Notes: generated by a model from the sequence alone, not told the origin. 64,000 bases of DNA from an uncultured Spirochaetota bacterium (GCA_963827275.1 CAWHAA010000010.1:256001-320000); one strand, 5' to 3'. Positions 28,546 through 39,281 are shown, numbered from the stretch's first letter. Made by a program: numbers and translations.

Positions 28546-28755
28546 CGGGCGACAGTAGCGCGGCGCCGGGGCGGGTGTCAATACTTATAACTTAACTCGG
28601 GGGAGGAGGTGGGTTTTCTCCCGGCATAATTGGGGCATTCAACCATGAAAAGCGTATTCTGCGATAATTCAAGAGCAGGGAGCGGAGTATCTCACCGGTC
28701 GATGTATTGACCAACTCTCTCGAGCCAAAGAGGTTCACATGGGGGTTGTAACTCC

Positions 28756-28820
28756 GGGACCGATAGTTATCGGTGATCCCGCGGGGTCAGAGCAAATTAA
28801 GGACCGATAGTTATCGTTAG
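28756..28820. repeat. GGGTCAGAGCAAA / ACCGATAGTTATCGGT repeat cluster
   Basis: Near-palindrome at 28759-28774 and 28803-28818; GGGGTCAGAGCAAA at 28783-28796; same composite at 7855-7888. Confidence 0.7.
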
Positions 28821-29030
28821 GTCCAAGGAGACAGAGTAACCCGTCGCCGGACACGACGTCCGGCGGTGCGAGGATGGCCCAGGATGGGCCTTCCGGAGCG
28901 AAAGCCGAGTGTTCCTTATGACATTCTTAGCAGGCATTCAGATGATAACCTGATACAAAATGCACGCCTTACGAAAATCAATAACCGACGCAGGCATGCC
29001 CCCGCCGGCAGGCGGCGCGAGGAGGGGGTC

Positions 29031-29068
29031 TAAGGGGGAGGATGGCCGCGGTGCCATCCTCCCCCTTA
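29031..29068. repeat. Perfect 16-bp inverted repeat
   Basis: TAAGGGGGAGGATGGC-CGCGGT-GCCATCCTCCCCCTTA. Confidence 0.75.
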
Positions 29069-29195
29069 TATAATTGCCTGACCCGGCACACGGGTCATCT
29101 GTTGCAAATTAGATACTTGACTTTTATCATTTTCCCGTTTCCAATGTGTCCATTCCCGGCATACCACCGGAAAAACACAATCACTGGAGACTGCC

Positions 29196-29543
29196 ATGGG
29201 CTGTCTGTTCTGCAACATCATCAAGGGAGAAATACCGTCAAAGAAGGTCTACGAAAACGACAGGGTCTATGCCTTTGAGGACATCAACCCGCAGGCGCCG
29301 GTCCATGTGCTGGTGATACACAAGGACCATATCGACAGGATCGAGGACCTTAACGCCGGCAACAGCTCGATCATGGCGGACCTCTTCCTCGCGGTAAAGG
29401 AGATCGCACGGATCACCGGCATCGATGAAAAAGGCTTCCGGGTAATCATCAACAACGGCGCCGCGGGCGGCCAGGTGATCTGGCACCTGCATGTCCACGT
29501 GATGGGCGGCAGGGACGACATGGGCCCTATGGTTGTTCGCTGA
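29196..29543 (+). CDS. Histidine triad (HIT/Hint) nucleotide-binding protein
   Basis: CLFC..GEIP..DINPQAPVH..GQVIWHLHVHVMGGR. Confidence 0.93.
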   Translation: MGCLFCNIIKGEIPSKKVYENDRVYAFEDINPQAPVHVLVIHKDHIDRIEDLNAGNSSIMADLFLAVKEIARITGIDEKGFRVIINNGAAGGQVIWHLHVHVMGGRDDMGPMVVR

Positions 29544-30807
29544 CCTTTTTTGCCTTCCGCTTCTGGACGATGACCTTTTCCACGGACCTCTCGGTGGCCT
29601 CGTCGATGATAAAGGTATACCTGTCGTAGTGGAACCGGTCGCCCTTTCGCGGTATCTTCCCCATCCGGTACGCCACGAAGCCCGCCAGGGTCTCAAAGTC
29701 CTTTTTCTCGATGGCGAGCTTGAAGCGTTTCATAAAAAATTCGATGTCCATCCTGCCGCTCACCGCGAACCGGTTCCTCCCCAGCTCGGTCAGCAGCTCC
29801 TCTTCCGACTGGTCGCGCGTCTGGATCTCCCCCACCACCTCTTCGGCGATGTCCTCGTGGGTGACCATGCCGATCACCCCGCCATGCTCGTTCACGACGA
29901 ATACCATGGGGATGAGGTTCTCCACCATCTCGGAATAGATCTCGACTATCCGTTTCGTCGCGGGCACGTAATAGGCCCTGTTCATGACATCGGCGATCTT
30001 TTTAGCGTTACGGTTCTTCAAAATCTCGCGGTAAAAGACATAGCCGACGATGTTGTCCACGCGTTTTTCATACACGGGCACCCTCGAAAACCTGTTCTTC
30101 ACGATCACATCGGTGAGCTCTTTCACGCCCTGGTCCAGCTCCACCGAAACGATATCAATGGTCGGCGTCATGATCTCTCTCGCGGTAATGCCCTTGAACG
30201 AGAGGATTTCCGAGACATACACGTGGTGCTCCTCGTCGATGACGCCCTCCTCCTTGCCCATCCTGAACAGGATGTCGATCTCTTCCCGCGACCGCACGCC
30301 CCGCCGCTCCGGCGCGGTGATACCGAGGAGCGATTTCAGTGCGCCGGAAAAAAGAAGCGCCACCTTCACCGCCGGCTTCATGACCGCCATCAGGGCCAGG
30401 AGCGGATAGGAACAGACCATCAGGAATGTCTCGGCGCGGGCCCGCGCAACGACCTTCGGCGTCACCTCGCAGAGTATCAGGAACAGGACGGTCTGTACCG
30501 CGGTCACCGCGAGCAGTCCGGGCTCGTCCAGTAAAAACGCGCTTGTCGCTATGTAGGTAATGAAGGCGGCCGAGGCAATGTTGACGATATTGTTGCCGAT
30601 GAGGATCATGCTTACAACGTCCTCGACATTATCGAGGACCTGGAGCGAACGCGCGGCGTTGCGGTTCCCCGCATCGGAAAGGGCCTCGAGCTCAAACCTC
30701 CGCGACGTGAGGATGGCGGTCTCCGACCCCGAGAAGAAGAAGGAAAGGAGCATCATCACGAATATCAGGAAGAGGTAGAGCTGGAACTGTAAAACCATCA
30801 TTATCAT
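29527..30807 (-). CDS. CNNM/CorC (hemolysin-like) CBS-domain membrane protein
   Basis: FFSGSETA, ILIGNNIVN, EVTPK, SRVPVY, VNEHGG, EEVVGEI, CorC C-terminal domain. Confidence 0.9.
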   Translation of the reverse strand: MIMMVLQFQLYLFLIFVMMLLSFFFSGSETAILTSRRFELEALSDAGNRNAARSLQVLDNVEDVVSMILIGNNIVNIASAAFITYIATSAFLLDEPGLLAVTAVQTVLFLILCEVTPKVVARARAETFLMVCSYPLLALMAVMKPAVKVALLFSGALKSLLGITAPERRGVRSREEIDILFRMGKEEGVIDEEHHVYVSEILSFKGITAREIMTPTIDIVSVELDQGVKELTDVIVKNRFSRVPVYEKRVDNIVGYVFYREILKNRNAKKIADVMNRAYYVPATKRIVEIYSEMVENLIPMVFVVNEHGGVIGMVTHEDIAEEVVGEIQTRDQSEEELLTELGRNRFAVSGRMDIEFFMKRFKLAIEKKDFETLAGFVAYRMGKIPRKGDRFHYDRYTFIIDEATERSVEKVIVQKRKAKKVSEQP

Positions 30808-32075
30808 TTTTCCGCGCCCTCCCCGCCCGCTGCCGGCACCACTTCCACGGTCTCGATCTTGTTTTTCCTGATGTACCGGACCCTGAGGATATACTGGCCT
30901 GCGGCGAGCTCCTGGCCGCGCTTCGGGATGTACGACAGGCGCTCTATGATATAACCGCCGATGGTGTCCGCGTTCTGGCTCTCGAGGCGCTCGCCGAAGA
31001 GATGGTTGAAGTCCTCGATTTGCATCTCGCCGGATATGACGCGGACGTTCCCGTCGATAAAGCGTATATCGTGCTTCGAGTCATCCTCCCATTTTGTCAT
31101 GTCCCGGCCCATCAGCTCGGAGAGCAGCTTGTTGAGGGTCACCACGCCCGCGGTGCCGCCGTATTCGTCCACGACCACGGCGATCTGTATCCCTTCAGAG
31201 AGAAAATCATTCAAAAGATCGTGGAGCTCCCGCGAGGCGGGAAAAAACGTGATCTCCCGGATAAAGCGGTTGATGTTCTTCGCCTTTTTCTGCCCCAGGA
31301 AGCAGGGGATCATGTCGCGCGAGTCGATGACGCCTATCACGTGGTCGAAATCATCACGGTATACCGGGGCCCTGATGACCCCCGACTCGAGAAACACCTT
31401 CATCGCCTCGGGAACCGTCGCCCCGTACGGGATGAACACCGCACTGCTGCGGGGGAACATGATATTGGACGCGTCCTTCTTTGAAAACCTGAGCACGTTG
31501 GTTATGAATGTCCCCTCGCTCTTGCCGATCACGCCGTGCAGTTCCCCCATTTTAACGGCATGCCTGAGCTCGTCCTTCGTGATCTCCGAATGGCCCAGGT
31601 CCAGATGAAAGACGCGCATCATCAGGTTGGTATACAGGAGCAGAAAGGCCCTGACCGGGGCAAGCAGGACATGGAAAAACCTGACCAGCGGCAGGACCTT
31701 CCGCGAAAATGATTCAGACGAGGTCATCGCAATGATCTTGGGGGATATCTCGCAGAATATGATGACCAGGGGCGTTACAATGGCGATCGAGATGAAATGG
31801 CCCCAGTCATGCCATACGCTCAGGAGGTACTTGGTGGACAGCATCGACACGGTCAGGTTGACGAAGAGGTTCCCGGTCAGGATGGTGATGAGCACCTTCT
31901 GCGGCTCCCGCATGAGGGCAGCCAGGGACTTTTCGCTCCATTCCTTTGAATGTGAATACCGGTGAAGGTCGGATTTTTTCAGTGAAAAAAAGGCGCTCTC
32001 CGTACCCGAGAAAAAAGCGGACAACACGACGCAGACCCCGAGGATCACGATTTCCAGATAGAACGGGTCCATCAC
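30804..32075 (-). CDS. CNNM/CorC (hemolysin-like) CBS-domain membrane protein
   Basis: FFSGTESA, TILTGNLFVN, EISPK, VVDEYGGTAG. Confidence 0.9.
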   Translation of the reverse strand: MMDPFYLEIVILGVCVVLSAFFSGTESAFFSLKKSDLHRYSHSKEWSEKSLAALMREPQKVLITILTGNLFVNLTVSMLSTKYLLSVWHDWGHFISIAIVTPLVIIFCEISPKIIAMTSSESFSRKVLPLVRFFHVLLAPVRAFLLLYTNLMMRVFHLDLGHSEITKDELRHAVKMGELHGVIGKSEGTFITNVLRFSKKDASNIMFPRSSAVFIPYGATVPEAMKVFLESGVIRAPVYRDDFDHVIGVIDSRDMIPCFLGQKKAKNINRFIREITFFPASRELHDLLNDFLSEGIQIAVVVDEYGGTAGVVTLNKLLSELMGRDMTKWEDDSKHDIRFIDGNVRVISGEMQIEDFNHLFGERLESQNADTIGGYIIERLSYIPKRGQELAAGQYILRVRYIRKNKIETVEVVPAAGGEGAEK

Positions 32076-32938
32076 TCGTTGTTCATGTCCAGCTTGACGT
32101 TGAAAAAATATTCCCGGCCGGCCTGGTTCCCGGCGAAATCGGACGCGGTGACCTTGAGGATGTTCTCTCCCTCGACGTAAGTCATCCCTTCCAGCTTGTA
32201 ATAGCCCTTGCCGTCAAACAGCTCATCGAACCCCTTGCCCCCCACGGTCAGCCTGCCGCCCGCGAAGGAGATGCCGCTGAACTCTTTCATGAGGACCGTC
32301 TTCCCGTTGAAGGCTGCCTCCAGGCGGTAGATCCCGAGGTTCTGGCGGCCTTCCATGGAATCGGTGATCTTCACGAGGAGCGGGTAATGCCTGGTGAGCC
32401 TGATATTCGACCTGTCCCGGACGATTATTAAGGCATCCCCGATGTGGAAGGCGATGTCCGAAATCACCGGCGCGCTCGTGTCTTTAAGCGGCGGCAGCAC
32501 GATGAGGGGGTTCATTGATCTCCGCTTCGCCGGTTCAAGAAGGTTAAAGTGGAGGTGCCGCTGGACCGAATGGCCCGTGTTGCCCATGATCCCCAGCAGC
32601 TCGCCGGGCGCGTACTTCTTCTTCGCGGTGAGCCCGTTTTCCAGGTGCATGTAAATCGAATAGATCCCGTTCCGGTGCTCAAGGATCTTGTAATTCCCGC
32701 CTCCCGGGTAATTGTCCAATGGGAATATCGCCTTGTCCCAGTAAAACACCAGCGACCCGGCATCAACGGGAAAGACCGCCCCGTCGGCGGATATCATGTC
32801 CATCCCGTCGTGGAAATGGTCCCAGCGGGACTCGCCGTATGTCGAGGTAACGGTGCCGCCGGTGAGCGGCCACCGGAATGAGACGAATGAGGCGGCCATG
32901 AAAAGCAATGAAATATACACGATGATTTTCTGGTTCAT
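32072..32938 (-). CDS. M23-family metallopeptidase
   Basis: FHDGMD (HxxxD), YMHL, GNTGHS..HLHF. Confidence 0.88.
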   Translation of the reverse strand: MNQKIIVYISLLFMAASFVSFRWPLTGGTVTSTYGESRWDHFHDGMDMISADGAVFPVDAGSLVFYWDKAIFPLDNYPGGGNYKILEHRNGIYSIYMHLENGLTAKKKYAPGELLGIMGNTGHSVQRHLHFNLLEPAKRRSMNPLIVLPPLKDTSAPVISDIAFHIGDALIIVRDRSNIRLTRHYPLLVKITDSMEGRQNLGIYRLEAAFNGKTVLMKEFSGISFAGGRLTVGGKGFDELFDGKGYYKLEGMTYVEGENILKVTASDFAGNQAGREYFFNVKLDMNNE

Positions 32939-35244
32939 TTTTTCCTGTCCTTGGCTTCATCTTGCTCTTCGGCATCCTGCTGCCGGTCCCTGCCGGCGTG
33001 GAGATGGCAATACTCGCCCGGCTCTGTGCCGGAGTAATAGAGGACGTCGCGCGCGACCCGGGGGCATTCCCCGTTTCTTCCCGCGACCTCGCCTGAATCG
33101 AGGCAGATTGTCTCCAGCGACAGCCCCTGCTCAGGCCTGATGAAGTCAGCCGGCCTGCTCCCCCGGTATATCCCCGATACGTACTCGACCCATACCGGCG
33201 CCGCGACCGTGCTGCCAGACCTTCCCCATCCGAGGGAGATGGCCCCTTCTTTGTTCCCGATCCAGACGGCCGTGACCAGGTCCGAGGTGTAACCGACAAA
33301 CCACGCGTCGATATAATTAGAGGTGCTTCCGGTCTTCCCCGCGACCTGGAAGTCGATCGAGCTCCCCCTGGAGGCGCCGTAGGCGGTTCCCCCCTCCTCG
33401 AACACGCCCCGGAGCATTGACACGGTTATGGCGCAGGCCGCCGGATCGATGATCGTCCCCGCGTCCCGCCTCCGCTCATCCAGGAGCTTGCGGACCTCCT
33501 CCTCGTTGTCCCAGACGACATTGTCATTGTAGTCCCTGACCTGCCTGATGCCGTAGGGGAGCAGGTACTGCCCGCCGTTGACGAGTACGGAATGAAGGAC
33601 GCAGTTCTCGAGCGGGGACACCTCGTAGCTGCCCAGGGCGAGCGAAAGGGTCCGGCCGAACCGCTCCTTGAGCTCCGAGTCACCCAGGGCGAGGCCTTTT
33701 TTCAGTATCCTGAAGACGCCGTCATAGCCGGTCATATCAAGCACCTTGACCGCGACAACGTTGATCGATTTCTTCAGCGCCTCGCGCACGATCACCGGGC
33801 CGGCGTACGCGCCGTCATAGTTCCGCGGGACGTATCCGTCGGCGAAGGTGGTCTGCTCGTCGGTGAACACGGTCGACGGGGTGATGTCCTTCGCCTCCAC
33901 CGCCGCCGCGTATACCAGCGGCTTGAAGGAAGAGCCGGGCTGGCGCCGTATCTGCGCCGCGTGGTCATTCTGGTTTTTTGGCGAAAATTCGTACCCGCCG
34001 ACATACGCGAGTATCTCTCCGGTAACCGGATCGAGCGACACGAGGGCTCCCTCGATGTTCTGCGCCTTGCCCATCTCCCGCTCGGCCTTGAGCCTGTTCT
34101 TCATCCTGCCCGCGAGCGCCGCGTGGTAGTCGCGCTGGCGGCCGATCCCGGCCTTCATCGCCCGGGTCGCCGCCTCCTGCTTTTCCGCGTCGATGGTCGT
34201 GTACACCTTCAGCCCGCCCCTCTTGACCGCGTCCTCGCCGAACTTTTCCACGAGCACCCGGCGGATGTTCTCATTAAAGAACGGCGCGAGGTTGACCCGG
34301 TACGTGCTGAAGACGAAATTGCCGACAAGCGACGATGCGGCCCTGCCGCTCTCGTCGTACACAACCTCCCACTTCCTGAGGAAGCCGGCGTTGAGGCGCC
34401 CGGGGTCGTCCTTCTTTAAAAAGCCGGCGTCGGCGAGCGATTCGAGTATGCGCAGCGTCTTGCGGAGCGACGCGTCCAGGTCGGAGAGGGGGGAATAGAT
34501 CTTCGGGTTCGATATGGTGGCCACGACCATTGCGCATTCCGCGGTTGACAGCTCCTTCACCGACGTGCCGAAAAACATCTTCGAAGCGGATTCTACGCCA
34601 TACGCACCGTTGCCGAAATAGATCAGGTTGAGGTACATCGAGAGGATGTCCTGCTTGTCGTACCGGTTTTCGATCTCGCGCGCGCAGAAGGTCTCGTATA
34701 TCTTTCTCTTGAGATTGCGCTCCATGTCGGTGAAGAGCACCTTGGCCAGCTGCTGGGTGATGGTGCTGCCGCCCTGCACCACCCCGAAGTGGGCCACGTT
34801 GACGAGGAACGCCCGCACGATGCCCCGGTAGTTGATACCCCGGTGGCTGTAAAACTCGCGGTCCTCGCTGGCTATGACCGCCTTCACGAGCCACTGGGGG
34901 ATATGATCATACGGCACGATCTCCCGCTTCTGCTCGAAGAACTCGCCGATGATGGCATCGTTCCGGTCATAGATCCGCGTGGGGATGTCGACCACCTTGG
35001 CGGAAAGGTCGATATCGCTGTAGCTGTATCCCTTTTTAAGCTCCTCGGTGCGGTCGATGAGCTGCTTGTACCTGACCAGTTTTTTGATGGCCCCGTCGCG
35101 GTCGCGCTGCCACATGAAGAATATGACGGTTATGTACACGGCCAGCACGCACAGCGCGCCGGCGGGGACGTACAGGAAGACGACCTTTTTGTGGCCGCCT
35201 ATCCACCTGAAAATGCTGCGCACTGCCTCTGCGACCCTGTCCAT
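32935..35244 (-). CDS. Class A penicillin-binding protein (PBP1A family)
   Basis: EDREFYSH and QGGSTITQQLAK transglycosylase motifs; GSSFK, SIN and KTG transpeptidase motifs. Confidence 0.93.
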   Translation of the reverse strand: MDRVAEAVRSIFRWIGGHKKVVFLYVPAGALCVLAVYITVIFFMWQRDRDGAIKKLVRYKQLIDRTEELKKGYSYSDIDLSAKVVDIPTRIYDRNDAIIGEFFEQKREIVPYDHIPQWLVKAVIASEDREFYSHRGINYRGIVRAFLVNVAHFGVVQGGSTITQQLAKVLFTDMERNLKRKIYETFCAREIENRYDKQDILSMYLNLIYFGNGAYGVESASKMFFGTSVKELSTAECAMVVATISNPKIYSPLSDLDASLRKTLRILESLADAGFLKKDDPGRLNAGFLRKWEVVYDESGRAASSLVGNFVFSTYRVNLAPFFNENIRRVLVEKFGEDAVKRGGLKVYTTIDAEKQEAATRAMKAGIGRQRDYHAALAGRMKNRLKAEREMGKAQNIEGALVSLDPVTGEILAYVGGYEFSPKNQNDHAAQIRRQPGSSFKPLVYAAAVEAKDITPSTVFTDEQTTFADGYVPRNYDGAYAGPVIVREALKKSINVVAVKVLDMTGYDGVFRILKKGLALGDSELKERFGRTLSLALGSYEVSPLENCVLHSVLVNGGQYLLPYGIRQVRDYNDNVVWDNEEEVRKLLDERRRDAGTIIDPAACAITVSMLRGVFEEGGTAYGASRGSSIDFQVAGKTGSTSNYIDAWFVGYTSDLVTAVWIGNKEGAISLGWGRSGSTVAAPVWVEYVSGIYRGSRPADFIRPEQGLSLETICLDSGEVAGRNGECPRVARDVLYYSGTEPGEYCHLHAGRDRQQDAEEQDEAKDRKK

Positions 35245-35458
35245 CTCTGTTTCCTCGTTACCATGGCCCTTCCCCGCCTCCCCCGCAAACGAAAGGGGCG
35301 GCCGAAGGCAGGAGGGGGCGGCCCATGCAACAGGAGCGACCCCTTATTTGATTAAAAAACAACGCCGTTAAAAGTCAAATACAAATACGAAGGAATATTC
35401 TTCATAGTATATCGGCAGCACTCTTTTCAGCGGGTCGGGAGCCATCCCGGCCCGCCAA

Positions 35459-36535
35459 TTACATCTGCCCGGTATGACACCCGTCGCAGCCGGAATACTT
35501 TTTCCCCGAGAGCTGGCCGCACGCGCCGGAAATGTCCCGCCCGAAGCTCTTGCGCACGGTGATCGGCACATTCATGATCTCGAGGTCCTTGATGAAGCGC
35601 GCCACCTCTTCTTCAGACGGCGGCAGGTAGCCGTGGCTCCCCTCGTTCAGGGGGATGAGGTTCAGCTTGACCCTGTTGTACCTGAACATCTTCTTCAGCC
35701 GCCTGGCGTCATCGTGCGAGATATTGTCCTGGCGCATCACGTACGCGACGGTGAGCCGGTTGCGGGACGCGGGGAACTTGCGGTCCAGAAGCGATGAAAT
35801 CTCCGCGAAGGGGTTGGAGCGCTCGACGGGCATGAGCTTCTCGCGTTTTTCCGGGAGGGTGTCGTTGAGCGAGATGGCCAGGTTGTAGGGGCGCCGCTCG
35901 TCAATGAACCGCTCTATGCCCGCCCGCACCCCCGAGGTGGAAACGGTGATTTTCCTGACGGACACGTGGAAGCCGAAAGAATAGTTCATGATATCGGCGG
36001 CGCGGAGAACGGCGTCATAATTCATGAAGGGCTCGCCCATGCCCATGAACACGACATTGTTGTTCCTCTGGCCGGAGATCCTCCGCGCCAGGCAGAGCTG
36101 GTCCAGTATCTCGGCGGTCTCCAGGTTGCGGATGAAGCCGAGCTTCGCCGTTTCGCAGAAGCGGCAGCCCATGGCGCACCCCGCCTGCGTTGAAACGCAC
36201 ACGGTGAGCCTGCCATCATCGCCCCCCTCGTTCCTGATCAGGACCGTCTCTATATACTGCCCGTCGCGCGTCCGGAACAGGAACTTGACGGTGCCGTCCA
36301 TCGCGGAAACCTGGCGCTCGGCCAGCTCGAGGGCGTCCACCGAAAACCCGGCCTCCAGGCGGGCCCGGAGGTCCCGTGAAAAATCAGTCATGTCCTGGAA
36401 CGACCCGACGTTTTTCTCGTAGAGCCAGTTCATGAGCTGCTTCGCCCGGTACCCCTTTTCCCCGATCGAGGCGAAATATTCCGTGAGCCCTTCAATGGTG
36501 AAATTCTTTATGAGCTGTTTTTCCATTACCGACAC
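35459..36535 (-). CDS. rlmN: 23S rRNA m2A2503 methyltransferase
   Basis: CVSTQAGCAMGCRFC, MGMGEP, ACGQL. Confidence 0.94.
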   Translation of the reverse strand: MSVMEKQLIKNFTIEGLTEYFASIGEKGYRAKQLMNWLYEKNVGSFQDMTDFSRDLRARLEAGFSVDALELAERQVSAMDGTVKFLFRTRDGQYIETVLIRNEGGDDGRLTVCVSTQAGCAMGCRFCETAKLGFIRNLETAEILDQLCLARRISGQRNNNVVFMGMGEPFMNYDAVLRAADIMNYSFGFHVSVRKITVSTSGVRAGIERFIDERRPYNLAISLNDTLPEKREKLMPVERSNPFAEISSLLDRKFPASRNRLTVAYVMRQDNISHDDARRLKKMFRYNRVKLNLIPLNEGSHGYLPPSEEEVARFIKDLEIMNVPITVRKSFGRDISGACGQLSGKKYSGCDGCHTGQM

Positions 36536-36675
36536 GATAGCGGGGAAATACCCTCCAGTGCAAGAAAATTATATAAAACATATCTTTTCATGCACAAGGC
36601 AGGCCCCCTCGCCCTCCGGGGGAGGCGCGGCTGAACACATTCTCATATACATTGCCGGGGGTCCCGGCGGCACGG

Positions 36676-37869
36676 CTAAAGCCGGATCCTCGCCTCTGAT
36701 TTCTTCAGGATCGGCAGGAACGCCGTCCGCCTTTTTTCGACGAGCTCAACGGCCGACCGGTTGCACTGGTGCACGCACTGACCGCACCCTATGCATCTCC
36801 CCGCGTCGATTGACGCTTTTTTATCGGTAACGGTAATCGCCGCGGTAGGGCAGTATTTTTCGCATTTTTTGCACCCCGTGCATTTTTCGCTGTCCGCGAT
36901 CTTCGCCAGGTAATAACTGTTATACCGCAGGGGCAGCGCCCCCATGTTGTAGGAGCGGAGTATTTCGCAGCAGTCCCAGCAGCAGTTGCATATGCCGATT
37001 TGCGGGAGCCGGGTATCATCCTTTTCGTGAAAGACGGAGTGGACCGCGCCGCTGTCCCGTACTTTCTGGACTATGTCAAACGCCTCCTCCATGCTTATCT
37101 GGCGTGCGTGCCCGTACTTGATGTAGGGCCGTATGCTGTCGCCCAGGCCGATACATCCGCCGTCTTCCGGCATGTGGAGCCTGCAGGGGTCGTCAATGTT
37201 CATGGTGACGCGCCGGCACATGCAGGGGAACTGGCCGAGGACGCTTTTTGTCCCGTATTCCCGCAGCATGTCGATGACAGAGCTTGTGGGATAGATATTC
37301 GAATCAGGCACGTCGAGAGACTGGTTGATGTTTATGATGGATTTTCCCTTCGCGTCCTTGACCGACATGACGGTACCGACGCTCTGATTCGACACGCGCG
37401 CGTTCCTGGACATGCTGTTCATGATGTTGCGGAGGGGAAAAAAATTGTAGCCCCGGAAGGTCGTTATGAATCTCATCCATCTCCGGGAGAATTCCTTTTC
37501 TTCAGGCTTTCCGATCAGGTACGGGACATGCGCCTCAAACCAGCCGACGATAAAGGGGTGGAGCGTGTAACGCTCTTCGCCCGTTTCGGAATATTTTATC
37601 CCGATATATCCTTTCCGTATAACAGACTCCAAAATACGGCCGAACGCGGCCGCGTCCAGGCCGCTTGCCGCCGCGGCCTGTTCGTATGAATATCGCTCTG
37701 TGCCGAGGCGCAGGAGAAGCCGGAGCTCGTCGTCAGCAAGCATGTAATCGATTGATTCAAGCATCGCCCTGACAGGAGGGAAAAACCTCCTGTTCTGCCT
37801 GTTCATCAGCATGACGAGCTTTTTGAGATCACTCTTTTTCTTCTGCAGGGCGACCTTTTCTTCTTTCAT
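36676..37869 (-). CDS. 4Fe-4S dicluster domain protein
   Basis: CMCR, ICNCCWDCC, CTGCKKC..CP, CIGCGQC..C; ATG 37869 with GGAGG RBS. Confidence 0.85.
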   Translation of the reverse strand: MKEEKVALQKKKSDLKKLVMLMNRQNRRFFPPVRAMLESIDYMLADDELRLLLRLGTERYSYEQAAAASGLDAAAFGRILESVIRKGYIGIKYSETGEERYTLHPFIVGWFEAHVPYLIGKPEEKEFSRRWMRFITTFRGYNFFPLRNIMNSMSRNARVSNQSVGTVMSVKDAKGKSIININQSLDVPDSNIYPTSSVIDMLREYGTKSVLGQFPCMCRRVTMNIDDPCRLHMPEDGGCIGLGDSIRPYIKYGHARQISMEEAFDIVQKVRDSGAVHSVFHEKDDTRLPQIGICNCCWDCCEILRSYNMGALPLRYNSYYLAKIADSEKCTGCKKCEKYCPTAAITVTDKKASIDAGRCIGCGQCVHQCNRSAVELVEKRRTAFLPILKKSEARIRL

Positions 37870-38087
37870 AATAACCTCCGCAATGGTGATACGGGTCAGG
37901 CGAACAGCCGGGGAAGAGCAGGGAACAGGGGCACGCGTCAAGAAAAACCGGCGATCGGATACATTGATATGCACCTATAATATAGACGCGCAGCGGCTCC
38001 CCGTCAATAAAATATTCGCCACAGTCAGGCGGGTCCATTCCTGGTAAATGCCCCGCGAACAACCACCGGCGCCGGCCCCCCGTAACC

Positions 38088-38945
38088 CTATCCCGATATA
38101 AGCTTGATAACCATTCCCAGCGCGAGCGATAGGGCGACGACGGCCACGGTGATCGACATCACCTCGAACAGCGCCGTCCGGTACCGCAGGCCTTTGACCA
38201 CGGACATGAAAAAGGTGAACACCGAGACAATAACGATGACGGCGCAGAGCGCCACCGCGAGGGCCGCGTAGTGGCTCTTGAAGATAAAATAGGGGCTCAC
38301 GATCGCCGCCACGACGAACACGTACACGATCCCGGTATAGAGCGCCGCTCGGAACGCCTCGCCCGCGTCACCCGCCTCCGCTTTCTGCGAAAGGTATTCG
38401 GACGCGACCATGGCGAGCGTCGCCGCCATGCCGCTGATGAGGGCGGTCTTCGCCACGAGGAGGGAGCTCGCGAGGGCGAAGGTAAGCCCCACGACGATGC
38501 CCGTGATCTCCTGGATGGAATTGTTGATGGCGAGCACCATCGACCCGAGGTGCGTTATCACGCCCTCCTCGACCTCTGCCATAAGGGACTCCTCATGCTT
38601 CACTTCCTCGCCGATGATCTTCCGTATCCCCGGGACCATGCCCTCCACCTCGGCGTAATCATGTCCGGCCTGGTCCTCGCCGTTGCCCATCATCTTCATG
38701 GTGAAGGTTATGCCGAAAAGCCTGGATACGAGCCGGTAAAAATAGATCTTCACGTAGCTGGGCCGCACGTCCCTGCCCGTGATCTTCCTGAAGAAATGAT
38801 AGTGCCGCAGCTCGTCCGCGGATATCTTCCGCAGTATCTCCCTGTTTTTACCCTTGAGCCTCTTTGCCAGGGCGCCGTAGAGAATATGCTCGGTTATCTC
38901 GTTCCTCTGGTATCCGAGTATTCTGGAAAGGGTCTCTTCTTTCAT
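38088..38945 (-). CDS. Rubrerythrin-like + VIT1/CCC1-family membrane protein
   Basis: QRNEITEH..Y, DELRH and EEVKHE diiron-type motifs followed by TM segments with ASEYLSQK. Confidence 0.82.
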   Translation of the reverse strand: MKEETLSRILGYQRNEITEHILYGALAKRLKGKNREILRKISADELRHYHFFRKITGRDVRPSYVKIYFYRLVSRLFGITFTMKMMGNGEDQAGHDYAEVEGMVPGIRKIIGEEVKHEESLMAEVEEGVITHLGSMVLAINNSIQEITGIVVGLTFALASSLLVAKTALISGMAATLAMVASEYLSQKAEAGDAGEAFRAALYTGIVYVFVVAAIVSPYFIFKSHYAALAVALCAVIVIVSVFTFFMSVVKGLRYRTALFEVMSITVAVVALSLALGMVIKLISG

Positions 38946-39004
38946 GGGACATGCTCCGCCGCAGATTGTATTGATTGGCCGGGCGCCGGCCCTGACGCGC
39001 GCAG

Positions 39005-39032
39005 AGCCTATCAGGCCAGCGGCTTCTGTCAA
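39005..39032 (-). promoter_or_regulatory. Putative sigma70 promoter for the VIT1-like gene
   Basis: TTGACA-N16-TAGGCT with TG extension on the minus strand. Confidence 0.4.
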
Positions 39033-39159
39033 GGTGGTTTTATATCCGATCATCACCGCCGTTAAAGCGCGCCCCATCTGACCGGGCCCTCTGTCCGTCG
39101 CGGCGCATGTGGTACCCCGCGATGAGAAGCTCGGGAGTGGTATTGATGAGATTGTCCTT

Positions 39160-39281
39160 GTTCCTGTCGGTGGCGGGCGGGACTCTTCCCCGTCACGTTT
39201 CAAGCCTCCTGCCCGGCGCTTGTCGTGCCGGAAGGGGCCTCACGTGAGAGGGTGCAGGTAACGACGCTTCGGCAGGGGGAT
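39160..39281 (+). ncRNA. Candidate structured RNA (unassigned; possibly 6S-like)
   Basis: Ends pair (TCCTGTCGG/TCGGCAGGG with G-U pairs); inner stem CCGGCGC/GTGCCGG; internal bubbles. Confidence 0.25.
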
